Assembly: GCF_019464535.1 (NCBI RefSeq)
Contig: NZ_CP080507.1
Coordinates: 2,940,001 to 2,972,000, forward strand
Reading direction: 5' to 3'
From: Horticoccus luteus
GTDB lineage: Bacteria > Verrucomicrobiota > Verrucomicrobiia > Opitutales > Opitutaceae
DNA: 32,000 nt
Shown here: piece after piece, positions 16,119-24,475 of the stretch
How the letters are laid out: every line of letters starts with the position of its first letter
Position numbering within the stretch: the first letter of the stretch is position 1
Position numbers and translations under genes: made by a program
Notes under the pieces: model-generated
Databases searched by the model: none
Told to the model about the DNA's origin: nothing
The model's input: only the letters and a program-made list of their open reading frames with translations

Positions 16119-17273
16119 ATGCGCGTCCTCCTCGCTTTCGACAAATTCAAAGACTCCCTCACCGCGCCCGCCGCGTGTGCGATCGCGGCGGACTGTTTGC
16201 GCACGCGGCAGCCCACTTGGGAGCTCGACCTTTGTCCTCTCGCCGATGGTGGCGAAGGTTTCGCGGAAATCCTCACGCGCGCCGCGGACGGGCAACTCAT
16301 TGTCCGCACCGTCACGGGACCTCGCGGCGCACCGACGACGGCACATTTCGGCCTCGTGCCGCTCAACCACATTCCCGCCGCAGCCCGCACCTTGCTCGAC
16401 CTTCCGGCCGCCCCGGCCGATGCGCGAATCGCGATCATCGAAATGGCGTCCGCCAGCGGACTCGCGCTCCTCTCCACCGACGCCCGCGATCCGTGGCACG
16501 CTTCAGCGCAGGGCACCGGCCAGCTCATCCGCGCCGCCGCCGATCTCGGCGCCGCCGCGATTCTGCTCGGCGTCGGTGGCAGCGCGACCAACGACCTTGG
16601 CCTCACCGCGCTCGCGGAACTCGGTTTCTCCTTTCACGACGGCGCCGGCGTTCCGATTCATCCTCCGCTCCCCGCGACGTGGCCGCGCATCGCCGCCATC
16701 CGCGGCTCCGCTCTTCCTCTGCCCCCGATCCGCATCGCGTGCGATGTCACTAATCCGCTGCTCGGCCCGCGGGGCGCGGCCGCGGTTTACGGCCCGCAAA
16801 AAGGTCTGCGCGCCACCGACCACGCCCGCCTTGAAGCCGAAAGCGCTCGCCTCGCGCATCTGCTGTGCGCTCACACGCGCCAATCCATTTCCTTGCTCGA
16901 CGTTTCCGGTGCCGGAGCTGCCGGTGGGATCGCATTCGGCTTGATGGCGGCAACCGGCGCCCGACTCCTCCCCGGCTTCGATCTCGTAAGCTCCTGGCTG
17001 GATTTGGAAAAACGCCTCGCCGCCGCGGATATCGTGATCACCGGCGAAGGCCGATTCGACGCCAGTTCGCTCGAAGGCAAAGGCCCCGGCGCCATCGCCG
17101 CACGCGCCCTCGCGCTCACGAAGCCCGTCCTCGTCTTCGCCGGCGCGGTCCTCGCCGCCTCGCGCCCGGGCCTTTCGCTGCACGCGATCACGCCGCCCGG
17201 CACCCCGTTACCCGAAGCGTTGCGCACCGCGCCGCAGAACCTCGCCGCCAGCGTGCAACGCGCCTTCAGTTGA
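16119..17273 (+). CDS. Glycerate kinase (GlxK/GarK family)
   Basis: 384 aa. MRVLLAFDKFKDSLTAPAACAIAA...CPLADGGEGF shows the typical family N-terminus (APDSFK-SL-A ... ADGGEG). The start is 21 nt after the DUF1653 stop. Confidence 0.85.
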   Translation: MRVLLAFDKFKDSLTAPAACAIAADCLRTRQPTWELDLCPLADGGEGFAEILTRAADGQLIVRTVTGPRGAPTTAHFGLVPLNHIPAAARTLLDLPAAPADARIAIIEMASASGLALLSTDARDPWHASAQGTGQLIRAAADLGAAAILLGVGGSATNDLGLTALAELGFSFHDGAGVPIHPPLPATWPRIAAIRGSALPLPPIRIACDVTNPLLGPRGAAAVYGPQKGLRATDHARLEAESARLAHLLCAHTRQSISLLDVSGAGAAGGIAFGLMAATGARLLPGFDLVSSWLDLEKRLAAADIVITGEGRFDASSLEGKGPGAIAARALALTKPVLVFAGAVLAASRPGLSLHAITPPGTPLPEALRTAPQNLAASVQRAFS

Positions 17274-17293
17274 CCCGCGCTCGCGACTTTGCC

Positions 17294-17369
17294 GGTGGCC
17301 GTGCGCTCCGCCGCGCGGCGGCGTTAACTACGACGTTCAATCAGCCGCGCGCGGAGCGCCCGGCCCACC
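17294..17369. repeat. Inverted pair (copies B and C) of the GC-rich intergenic repeat, forming a ~24-bp hairpin between convergent genes
   Basis: ggtggccgtgcgctccgccgcgcggc (17294-17319) pairs with gccgcgcgcggagcgcccggcccacc (17344-17369). The paired blocks are 5+3+8+8 bp, with one bulge on each arm, one mismatch and a 24-nt loop. Confidence 0.75.
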
Positions 17370-17422
17370 ACCTCAGGCCCGCGGACCAACCGGCGCGTCT
17401 CGCGCATCCGCCCCTCGCGCCG

Positions 17423-18568
17423 TCATTCTCCCGCCCCGAGAAAATCGACATCCAGCGGCGCGAAAACCCGCTTTCCGCTGCGCGCGATCAACCACACGCC
17501 GCTCTCCACCGGCACGATTGACTTCACTTCGTCGAAGCCCCGCGGCACCGCCGCCATCGCGAGGATATGCGCCACGCGCAGCGGCTGCTTCGGATCGAGT
17601 TGCACCGTCGTCGGCACGCCCGCGCGATTCAGCGCGTTGGGTTTCGCTGACGCCGCCAGACCGTAGTGAAAATACGCCGTCACCTCCTCGACCCCGAGCA
17701 CGTTGCGATGCCGCCCGCTCCACGGTGCGTAGTAGCGCCCGCCGTTCGAGTGCCAGAGCACGGTGTGCCGCAGCACCGTCGGGTCCTTGAGTGCGAAAAA
17801 GACATAGCCTTCGCCCGGAAACGTCACCGCACTCCAGCCCAGGCCGCGCGGCTTCGCCGGCCCCACCAACATCACCAAATCCTCGTAGCCCCGCCGCGCC
17901 GGATAACGCGACAAATCCGCCACCTCGCCATCCGCGCGCGGCACGCGCTGCAGCGAGCGGAAGCGTGCGTTGACCTTCAATGAGGCGTAGCCGCCCGACT
18001 CGGGCTGTTCGAACAATCCCGGCGGCGTCACCCCAAACGCAAATGCGCTGGTCGAAACCCGCGCCACGCCCGGCTCATCCGGAAACTGAAGACATGGATG
18101 CGTGCCGATCGCCATCGGCCCGCGCATGCCGCTGAGGATATTTTCACAATACACCGCCGAGTGGCCCTCGCGCACCGTGATGTATTTATCCACACGTCCC
18201 GCCCGCACCGTCAGGTCCATCCGCGTATGCAACCGGGCGACCTCGCCGCGCGCCTCGCCGTCCACGAGCTTCCACACGTCATTCGCCGGCTCGCCGTGCG
18301 GCGGGAATTTTTCGCCCCGCCACGGCGTTTCGTTGCCGCCAAACGGCGCGCAGAAAAAATCGCCGCGCAACACGCGCAACATCTGCGGCGTGTCCGCCGC
18401 CACCTTTTCCTCGGCCCAGGGGGCGATGGCGAAGGGCTGCACCGCCTTCCCGTTGCCCAGTTGAAAAGTGACGGGCGCCAGTTGACCGCCCCGCTCGGTG
18501 AGCCACGCATCCACGGTCCCGTTTTGTAAACGCCAGCAACGCTGGCCCAAGTGCCGCTCGAGTTTCAT
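17423..18568 (-). CDS. Conserved-looking hypothetical protein (381 aa); a mutarotase-like fold is possible but not established
   Basis: ORF 17423..19285 trimmed to the ATG at comp. 18566-18568 (MKLERHLGQRCWRLQNGTVDAWLTERGG...). The upstream 239 codons are antisense to the DUF2062 gene and Gly/Arg/Ala-rich. Composition is balanced with many W/Y/F/H. Motifs include RGDFFCAPFGG and FPPHGEPAN. Confidence 0.65.
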   Translation of the reverse strand: MKLERHLGQRCWRLQNGTVDAWLTERGGQLAPVTFQLGNGKAVQPFAIAPWAEEKVAADTPQMLRVLRGDFFCAPFGGNETPWRGEKFPPHGEPANDVWKLVDGEARGEVARLHTRMDLTVRAGRVDKYITVREGHSAVYCENILSGMRGPMAIGTHPCLQFPDEPGVARVSTSAFAFGVTPPGLFEQPESGGYASLKVNARFRSLQRVPRADGEVADLSRYPARRGYEDLVMLVGPAKPRGLGWSAVTFPGEGYVFFALKDPTVLRHTVLWHSNGGRYYAPWSGRHRNVLGVEEVTAYFHYGLAASAKPNALNRAGVPTTVQLDPKQPLRVAHILAMAAVPRGFDEVKSIVPVESGVWLIARSGKRVFAPLDVDFLGAGE

Positions 18569-18646
18569 GCGCCCGCTTTGCCACGTTGCGCGGCGAAAAG
18601 CGAACCTCGCTTGCGCCCGCCCGCCCAATCTCTTTGGTGACGACGG

Positions 18647-19333
18647 ATGTTTGAACCTCACGACGACCCAGCGAGGCACCGCGCGAACGTGCGCCGCGCG
18701 AAGCGATTCCTGCGCTTCATGCCGCGGCGCGCCGTGTTCCATCGCTATCCGTTCGTGGGCCGCTTCGCCGCCGCCGCTCGCCGCCGCGCTTATTTGTGGT
18801 CGTTCAAATCCGCCCACGTCCGCCCCGCCCTCTACGCCGGCTCCGTGCTCTCGCTGCTGCCCGTGATGGGCGTGCAACTCCCGCTCGCCCTCCTCTTGTC
18901 GCTGCTCCTGCGCAGCAATTTCATGATTCTGGGCGGACTGCAGTTCATCACCAATCCCTTCACCGCCGCCCCGATCTACTACGCCACGCATCAACTGGGC
19001 GCGGCCATCATCCACTCGACCGGCATCGGCCGCAGCCCCGACGAACACGCGATCTCCGCGCCCATCAGCGATGGCGCCGTCGAGGCGCCGCCGCGCGACG
19101 AACTGAGCGCGGACTCCGCCTCCGTCCGCCACCCCTCGCCTCATCCCCATCCTTGGCGACATCGCATCGGCACCGCGTTCAACGCCCTCGTGCTCGGCGG
19201 CACGTTGAGCGGCCTGGCTCTTGGGCTCGTGCTCGACCTGGCCTGGCGGCTCGGCGCCGCGAGCCATGCCCGCCACAAAATCCACCGGCCGCCCCGTTCC
19301 CGCTCGACGCGTTCCAATGCGCCACCACAGTGA
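18647..19333 (+). CDS. DUF2062-family membrane protein
   Basis: 228 aa. PRRAVFHRYPFVGRFAAAA...HVRPALYAGSVLSLLPVMGVQLPLALLLSLLLRSNFMILGGLQFITNPFTAAPIYYA matches the DUF2062 pattern (P.-G.Q...a......R.N......g....NP.T..P.Y). A low-complexity insert precedes the last TM segment. Confidence 0.7.
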   Translation: MFEPHDDPARHRANVRRAKRFLRFMPRRAVFHRYPFVGRFAAAARRRAYLWSFKSAHVRPALYAGSVLSLLPVMGVQLPLALLLSLLLRSNFMILGGLQFITNPFTAAPIYYATHQLGAAIIHSTGIGRSPDEHAISAPISDGAVEAPPRDELSADSASVRHPSPHPHPWRHRIGTAFNALVLGGTLSGLALGLVLDLAWRLGAASHARHKIHRPPRSRSTRSNAPPQ

Positions 19334-19341
19334 CCGCGCCC

Positions 19342-20733
19342 ATGGTTGGTTTTTCGCGCTCCCTCTTTCTCGAGCCGCTGCTCACTTGCTTCGTTCTCGC
19401 CCTCGGACTTTTCGGTTGCAGCGCGAACCCCGCGCCTACCCGCCCCGCCGCCGTCCGGCCCGTCGCGTTTAACCCGCCCTCGATTGCCAACGCCCCGGCG
19501 ACGCGCACCCCCGCACCCTTTCCCGTCATGCTCGGCATCGACGTGCTCGAGGAGCGCGGCTTCGACCTCGTCAAAGGCAAACGCATCGGCCTCCTCACGC
19601 ATCCCGCCGGCGTCAACCGCCGCGGCGTGAGCACGATCGACGTCCTGCGCCACGCGCCCGGCGTGAAACTCGTCGCACTCTACGGCCCCGAACATGGCGT
19701 CTATGGCGATGCCCCGGCGGAAAAACCCATTGCCAACACCATCGACAAGCGCACCGGCCTCCCCGTGTTTTCGCTTTACGGCAAATACCGCATGCCGACC
19801 AAAGCGATGCTCAAAGGCCTCGATGCGATGGTCATCGACCTGCAGGACATCGGCACCCGCAGCTACACGTTTTCCAGCTGCATGCTCTACACGATGGCCG
19901 CGTGTTTCGAAAACAACGTCGAAGTCATCGTGCTCGACCGGCCCAATCCTCTCGGCGGCCTGAAGGCCGACGGTCCTCCGCTCGACCCGCAGTGGAAGAG
20001 CTACGTCGGCGCGTTTCGCGTTCCCTACGTGCACGGCCTCACGATCGGCGAACTCGCGCGCATGGCCAAGGAAGCGCCCGGCGTGATGGACATCCCCAAA
20101 GTGATGAACATCCCCGACGCCGTCCGCGCCCGCGGTAAACTCACCGTCGTGCCGATGCGCGGCTGGACGCGCCGCATGCGCTGGCCCGAGACCGGCCTCA
20201 AATGGGTGCCCACCTCGCCCATGATCCAGGACTTCGGCGCCTGTGTCGGCTACGCGATGGTCGGCCTCGGCACGTATTTTGATCCCGCGTCGAAGTTCGA
20301 CATCGGCTTCCGCCACGGCGTCGGCGATTATTACGCGTTTCTCGGCCTCTCGCACAAATCGGTCAAGACCGACGACCTGGAACGGGAATTGCGCGCGCTC
20401 AAGATCCCCGGCCTCGCGTTCCAACGCGTCAGCGTCACCGGCCGCACTGGCAAGCCCGCGACCGGCGTTTATGTGATCGTCAATGATTGGGACGACTGGA
20501 ATCCCACCGAGCTCAGCTTCTACCTCATGCGCCTCGCCTGTAAGCTCGATGCCCGCAACCCGTTTCGCACCGGCGATCCCAGCGGCTTCCTGCGTCACAT
20601 GGGCTCGACGGAGTTTTTCAACGCCCTCCGTCGCGACGGTGCGCAGATCAATCTCAACGCCTGGTTGGCCGACTGGCGCGCCAAATCCAAAATCTACCAG
20701 GAGCAGAGCAAGCGCTACTGGTTGTATCGCTGA
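19342..20733 (+). CDS. DUF1343 / NamZ-like (exo-beta-N-acetylmuramidase family) lipoprotein
   Basis: ORF 18796..20733 trimmed to ATG 19342 (MVGFSRSLFLEPLLTCFVLALGLFGCS, lipobox-like). The DUF1343 core reads KGKRIGLLTHPAGVNRRGVSTIDVL...VKLVALYGPEHG...DAMVIDLQDIGTRSYTF...VIVLDRPNPLGG. The start is 8 nt after the DUF2062 stop. Confidence 0.8.
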   Translation: MVGFSRSLFLEPLLTCFVLALGLFGCSANPAPTRPAAVRPVAFNPPSIANAPATRTPAPFPVMLGIDVLEERGFDLVKGKRIGLLTHPAGVNRRGVSTIDVLRHAPGVKLVALYGPEHGVYGDAPAEKPIANTIDKRTGLPVFSLYGKYRMPTKAMLKGLDAMVIDLQDIGTRSYTFSSCMLYTMAACFENNVEVIVLDRPNPLGGLKADGPPLDPQWKSYVGAFRVPYVHGLTIGELARMAKEAPGVMDIPKVMNIPDAVRARGKLTVVPMRGWTRRMRWPETGLKWVPTSPMIQDFGACVGYAMVGLGTYFDPASKFDIGFRHGVGDYYAFLGLSHKSVKTDDLERELRALKIPGLAFQRVSVTGRTGKPATGVYVIVNDWDDWNPTELSFYLMRLACKLDARNPFRTGDPSGFLRHMGSTEFFNALRRDGAQINLNAWLADWRAKSKIYQEQSKRYWLYR

Positions 20734-20998
20734 AGCCGCGGTCGTCCCCCTCGCCAAGTCGCGTCCGGCCTGCGTCGATTGGTGAAACTCATCTCCCTCG
20801 CCGCGCGCGAATCACGAATCGTTGGGCGCGTCGCTGCCCACCCGCCGCTCGGCGGTCGCGCGCGTATTTCCTCAACGGCTGCCATGATTGTCTGCCGCCG
20901 ACTTTTCCGCCGCTTTCCGCTTGCCGCTCCGCCCGGCGGAGAAACACTCGGCTGCACTCGCGGCGTCACGCCGGACCCTTTCCCCCTACAATCCCGTC

Positions 20999-22039
20999 AT
21001 GCCTAGACCCGTCACGCTCTTCACCGGCCAATGGGCCGATCTTCCGCTCACCGAACTCGCTCCGCTCGTCAAAAAAATGGGCTACGACGGCGTCGAACTC
21101 GCCTGTTGGGGCGACCACTTCGACCCCGATCAAGCCGCCGCGTCGAAAAAATATTGCGCGGAAAAATGGGCGCTCCTCGCCGATCACGGCCTCACGTGTT
21201 TCGCCGTTTCCAGCCATCTCGTCGGCCAGGCCGTCTGCGACCTGATCGACGAACGCCACCAGGCAATCCTGCCGCCGGACGTCTGGGGCGACGGCAATCC
21301 GGAGGGAGTGCGCAAACGCGCCGCCAAGAAACTCGCGCTCACCGCCAAAGCCGCCCGCGCGTTCTTCAACGCGAAGCCCGGCCGCGGCGCCACGGATGAT
21401 TTTCCCGCCGTCGTCAACGGCTTCACCGGCTCCAGCATCTGGCATTCCCTCTACGCGTTTCCGCCCACCTCGCAGGCGTTTTGGGACGCCGGTTACGCCG
21501 ACTTCGCGAAACGCTTCGGCCCGATCCTCGAGGCCTTCGACAAGGTCAACGTCAACTTCGCCCTCGAAGTTCACCCGACCGAAATCGCGTTCGATATCGC
21601 CAGTGCCCAGCGCGCCGTCGCCGCCGTGAAAGGTCACCGCCGTTTCGGGTTCAATTACGACCCGTCCCATCTCGGCTACCAAGGCGTCGACTACGTGAAG
21701 TTCATCCGCACCTTCGGCGACCGGCTTTACCACGCCCACATGAAAGACGTGTGGTGGGGCCATGGCGACGGCACCGTCGGCGTTTTCGGCGGCCATGTGA
21801 GTTTCGGCGACGCGCGGCGCGCGTGGGATTTCCGTTCGCTCGGCCACGGCGATATCAATTTCGAAGAAATCATCGTCGCCCTCAACGACGTCGGCTACCG
21901 CGGACCGCTCTCCGTCGAGTGGGAGGACATCCGCATGGATCGCGTGCACGGCGGCACCGAAGCGGCCGCGTTCGTCCGCAAAATCGATTTCCCGCCCAGC
22001 GCCGTCGCCTTCGACGCCGCCTTCGACAAAAAGGGCTGA
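20999..22039 (+). CDS. Sugar phosphate isomerase/epimerase (xylose-isomerase-like TIM barrel)
   Basis: ORF 20888..22039 trimmed to ATG 20999 ([42 protein letters not shown]...). Contains typical AP_endonuc_2/XI-like blocks: [29 protein letters not shown] and SVEWED. Confidence 0.85.
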   Translation: MPRPVTLFTGQWADLPLTELAPLVKKMGYDGVELACWGDHFDPDQAAASKKYCAEKWALLADHGLTCFAVSSHLVGQAVCDLIDERHQAILPPDVWGDGNPEGVRKRAAKKLALTAKAARAFFNAKPGRGATDDFPAVVNGFTGSSIWHSLYAFPPTSQAFWDAGYADFAKRFGPILEAFDKVNVNFALEVHPTEIAFDIASAQRAVAAVKGHRRFGFNYDPSHLGYQGVDYVKFIRTFGDRLYHAHMKDVWWGHGDGTVGVFGGHVSFGDARRAWDFRSLGHGDINFEEIIVALNDVGYRGPLSVEWEDIRMDRVHGGTEAAAFVRKIDFPPSAVAFDAAFDKKG

Positions 22040-22047
22040 TCAACCTT

Positions 22048-22115
22048 TTGCCACGGAGACGCTGAGGTCCGGAGGTTTTTATACCCCACTCCGCTTCTCC
22101 GCGCCTCCGTGGCAA
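22048..22115 (+). promoter_or_regulatory. Extended intercistronic stem-loop filling the TIM-barrel / oxidoreductase spacer
   Basis: A perfect 11-bp inverted repeat, ttgccacggag(22048-22058)/ctccgtggcaa(22105-22115). It continues inward with about 12 more pairs in interrupted blocks of 3, 4 (including one G-U) and 5 bp, closing a loop around tttttatacccc (22076-22087). Confidence 0.6.
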
Positions 22116-22129
22116 CCACTCAAAACTCC

Positions 22130-23287
22130 ATGAACAGAAAACTTCGTTTCGGCATGATCGGCGGCGGGCGCGGCGCATTTATTGGCGCGGTGCATCGCAT
22201 CGCAGCGTTGATGGACGGCAAGGCCGAGCTCGTGGCCGGCGCGTTTTCAAGCGACGCCGAACGCTCCAAGGCCTCGGGCGCCGATCTCTTCGTCGACCCC
22301 GCCCGCGCCTACGGCAGTTATCAGGAAATGGCCGTGGCGGAAGCGCGACGCCCCGCCGCTGACCGCCTCGATTTCGTCGTCATCGTCACGCCCAATCACC
22401 AGCACTTCCCGCCCGCGAAGCTGTTTCTCGAGCAAGGTTTCAACGTCGTCTGCGACAAGCCGGTCACCTTCAATCTCGCCGAAGCCAAGCGCCTCCGCGC
22501 GATCGTGAAGAAGACGAAAAAGGTCTTCGTCCTCACGCACAATTACACCGGCAATGTGATGGTGAAACAGGCGCGCCTCCTTGTGCAATCCGGCGCGCTC
22601 GGGCACGTGCGCAAAGTCATCGTGGAGTATCCGCAAGGCTGGCTCAGCACGCATCTCGAAGCCAGCGGCCAGAAGCAGGCCGCGTGGCGCACCGACCCCA
22701 AACGCAGCGGCGCCGCCGGTTGCATGGGCGATATCGGCACGCACGCCGAGAACCTCGCCCGCTACATCACCGGCCTGCGCATCGACACGCTTTGCGCCGA
22801 TCTCTCGACCTTCGTCAAAGGCCGCAAACTCGACGACGACGGCAACATCCTGCTGCGCTTCAAGGGCGGCGCGAAGGGCATTCTCCACTCGTCGCAAATC
22901 TGCGTGGGCGACGAAAACAATCTCAACATCCGCGTCTACGGCGAGAAGGCGGCGCTCGAGTGGCATCAAGAATACCCGAACGAGCTCGTGCTCAAGTTTC
23001 CCGACCAGCCCCGGCAAATCTGGCGGCGCGGCAACGGCTACCTCGACCCCAAGCTGGCGCCCTTCACGCGCATCCCCGCGGGGCATCCGGAAGGCTACCT
23101 CGAAGCATTCGCCAACCTCTATCTGGAGGCGTTTCGCGCGATTGCCGCCGAAGTTTCCGGCCAACCGATTCCTGCCGACTGCGATTTCCCCACGATCGAC
23201 GATGGCGTCGACGGCATGCTGTTCATCGACACCGTCGTGAAGAGCTCCAAGGCCGGCGCGCGTTGGACTAAATTCCCCTCGGCGTGA
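22130..23287 (+). CDS. Gfo/Idh/MocA-family NAD(P)-dependent oxidoreductase
   Basis: ORF 22109 (GTG)..23287. I prefer ATG 22130 ([23 protein letters not shown], a Rossmann start). The GTG at 22109 lies inside the hairpin arm. Contains the typical VVCDKP and HNY blocks and the C-terminal alpha/beta domain. Confidence 0.9.
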   Translation: MNRKLRFGMIGGGRGAFIGAVHRIAALMDGKAELVAGAFSSDAERSKASGADLFVDPARAYGSYQEMAVAEARRPAADRLDFVVIVTPNHQHFPPAKLFLEQGFNVVCDKPVTFNLAEAKRLRAIVKKTKKVFVLTHNYTGNVMVKQARLLVQSGALGHVRKVIVEYPQGWLSTHLEASGQKQAAWRTDPKRSGAAGCMGDIGTHAENLARYITGLRIDTLCADLSTFVKGRKLDDDGNILLRFKGGAKGILHSSQICVGDENNLNIRVYGEKAALEWHQEYPNELVLKFPDQPRQIWRRGNGYLDPKLAPFTRIPAGHPEGYLEAFANLYLEAFRAIAAEVSGQPIPADCDFPTIDDGVDGMLFIDTVVKSSKAGARWTKFPSA

Positions 23288-23298
23288 ACCGCCCCGCC

Positions 23299-24453
23299 AT
23301 GTCCGTGCGCACGCGCTTCGGCCTCGCCTGCGCCGTCGCTGCGCTGGCCGCGGCTTTCGCTGTGCCGGTGTCGCGCGGAAGCACGCTGCCGGCATTCCCA
23401 CTCTACGAACGCTACCTTGCGATCGACGGCGCCTGTGCGTGGCCGCGGCTCACCGTGCTGCCCGGCGGCGAGATCTCCGCCATGGTCTGGCCCAATCCCT
23501 ACCACGGCTACATCGAGGGCGCCGTCGAGTGCTGGAACAGCACCGATGAGGGCCGCACGTGGCACCGCACCGGCATCCCCGTGCCGTATGCGCCGGGAGA
23601 AAATCGCATGAACCTCGCCGCCGGAGTCGCCGCGGACGGCACTTACGTCGCCCTCGTGGTAGGCTGGGATAAACGTCTGCCCGCGACTTGGACGGCCGCC
23701 TCCTCCGCCGAATCCGATCGCGTCGGCCGCACGATGTTTCGCGATGCGCATACGCTCGACGCCGTGCCCGCAATTTCGCACGACCGCGGACGCACGTGGA
23801 AACAGTTTTCCGCGCTCGTCGCGCCGCGGCAAACCACCGGCCACGCCCTCGTTCCCTACGGTCCGATCGCGCCACTCGCGGACGGCCGGCTCGGCGTGAT
23901 GCTCTACGGCGATGCGGTTCATTTTTACACCAGCCGTGATGGCGGGGAAACCTGGCAGGAGCGCGGTCATTTCAGCGAAAACGCCGCGCACAACGAGACC
24001 GCCTGGCTGCGTCTCGCCAACGGCGATCTCTACGCTGCCTCGCGCACGGCGGGAGATGCTCACGTCGATGCCTACCGCTCGCACGACGGCGGGGCGACGT
24101 GGCAGTTCGAAGGGCCGCTCACGTTGGGCGGCCAGCATCCCGCGGATTTGATTACATTGCCCGATGGCCGCGTTCTCCTCAGCTACGGCGTGCGCAACGA
24201 AGGTCTGTGGGCGATCTGCGAGCGCTACGGCGATCCCACCGCGACCGAATGGTCATCCCCGCGCCTCCTCGTTGACCTTGAAGGCTCCACGGACGACCCG
24301 ACGGCCGCGAAGCCCGGGCGCGATGGTGGGTATCCGTGCACGGCGGTCGCTCCGAGCGGCACGCTCATTACCGCGTATTACAGCCGCGGCGTCCCCGCGC
24401 ATTACCGCTACCACATGGGCGTGGTGCGGTGGTTGCCCGAGCCGGCGAAATAA
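23299..24453 (+). CDS. Secreted BNR/Asp-box repeat protein (sialidase-fold beta-propeller)
   Basis: Four Asp-boxes (S-x-D-x-G-x-T-W): STDEGRTW, SHDRGRTW, SRDGGETW and SHDGGATW. Signal peptide MSVRTRFGLACAVAALAAAFAVPVSRG from ATG 23299. An alternative GTG at 23284 overlaps the upstream TGA (GTGA). Confidence 0.8.
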   Translation: MSVRTRFGLACAVAALAAAFAVPVSRGSTLPAFPLYERYLAIDGACAWPRLTVLPGGEISAMVWPNPYHGYIEGAVECWNSTDEGRTWHRTGIPVPYAPGENRMNLAAGVAADGTYVALVVGWDKRLPATWTAASSAESDRVGRTMFRDAHTLDAVPAISHDRGRTWKQFSALVAPRQTTGHALVPYGPIAPLADGRLGVMLYGDAVHFYTSRDGGETWQERGHFSENAAHNETAWLRLANGDLYAASRTAGDAHVDAYRSHDGGATWQFEGPLTLGGQHPADLITLPDGRVLLSYGVRNEGLWAICERYGDPTATEWSSPRLLVDLEGSTDDPTAAKPGRDGGYPCTAVAPSGTLITAYYSRGVPAHYRYHMGVVRWLPEPAK

Positions 24454-24475
24454 GGCCCCGCGCGGCGGCGGTGCG

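Noticed and set aside
18569-19285. 239-codon N-terminal extension of the 17423 ORF (620 aa in the track)
   Set aside because: It is antisense to the DUF2062 gene and Gly/Arg/Ala-rich. Natural-looking sequence starts at MKLERHLG (ATG at 18568).
19141-20757. 538-aa ORF on the minus strand
   Set aside because: Antisense to the DUF1343/NamZ-like gene. Gly/Ala/Arg-rich with no recognisable domain.
20802-20864. 9-bp inverted repeat cgcgcgcga/tcgcgcgcg with a 45-nt loop in the 265-nt NamZ-TIM-barrel spacer
   Set aside because: Alternating CG runs pair trivially in GC-rich DNA. There is no U-tract and the loop is very long. It may contribute to termination, but I cannot support a specific call.
22247-23401. 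384-aa minus-strand ORF (and 20966..21949, 23119..24138, 30779..31693)
   Set aside because: Antisense to the Gfo/Idh/MocA, TIM-barrel, BNR and TagF-like genes respectively. Same high-GC artefact pattern.
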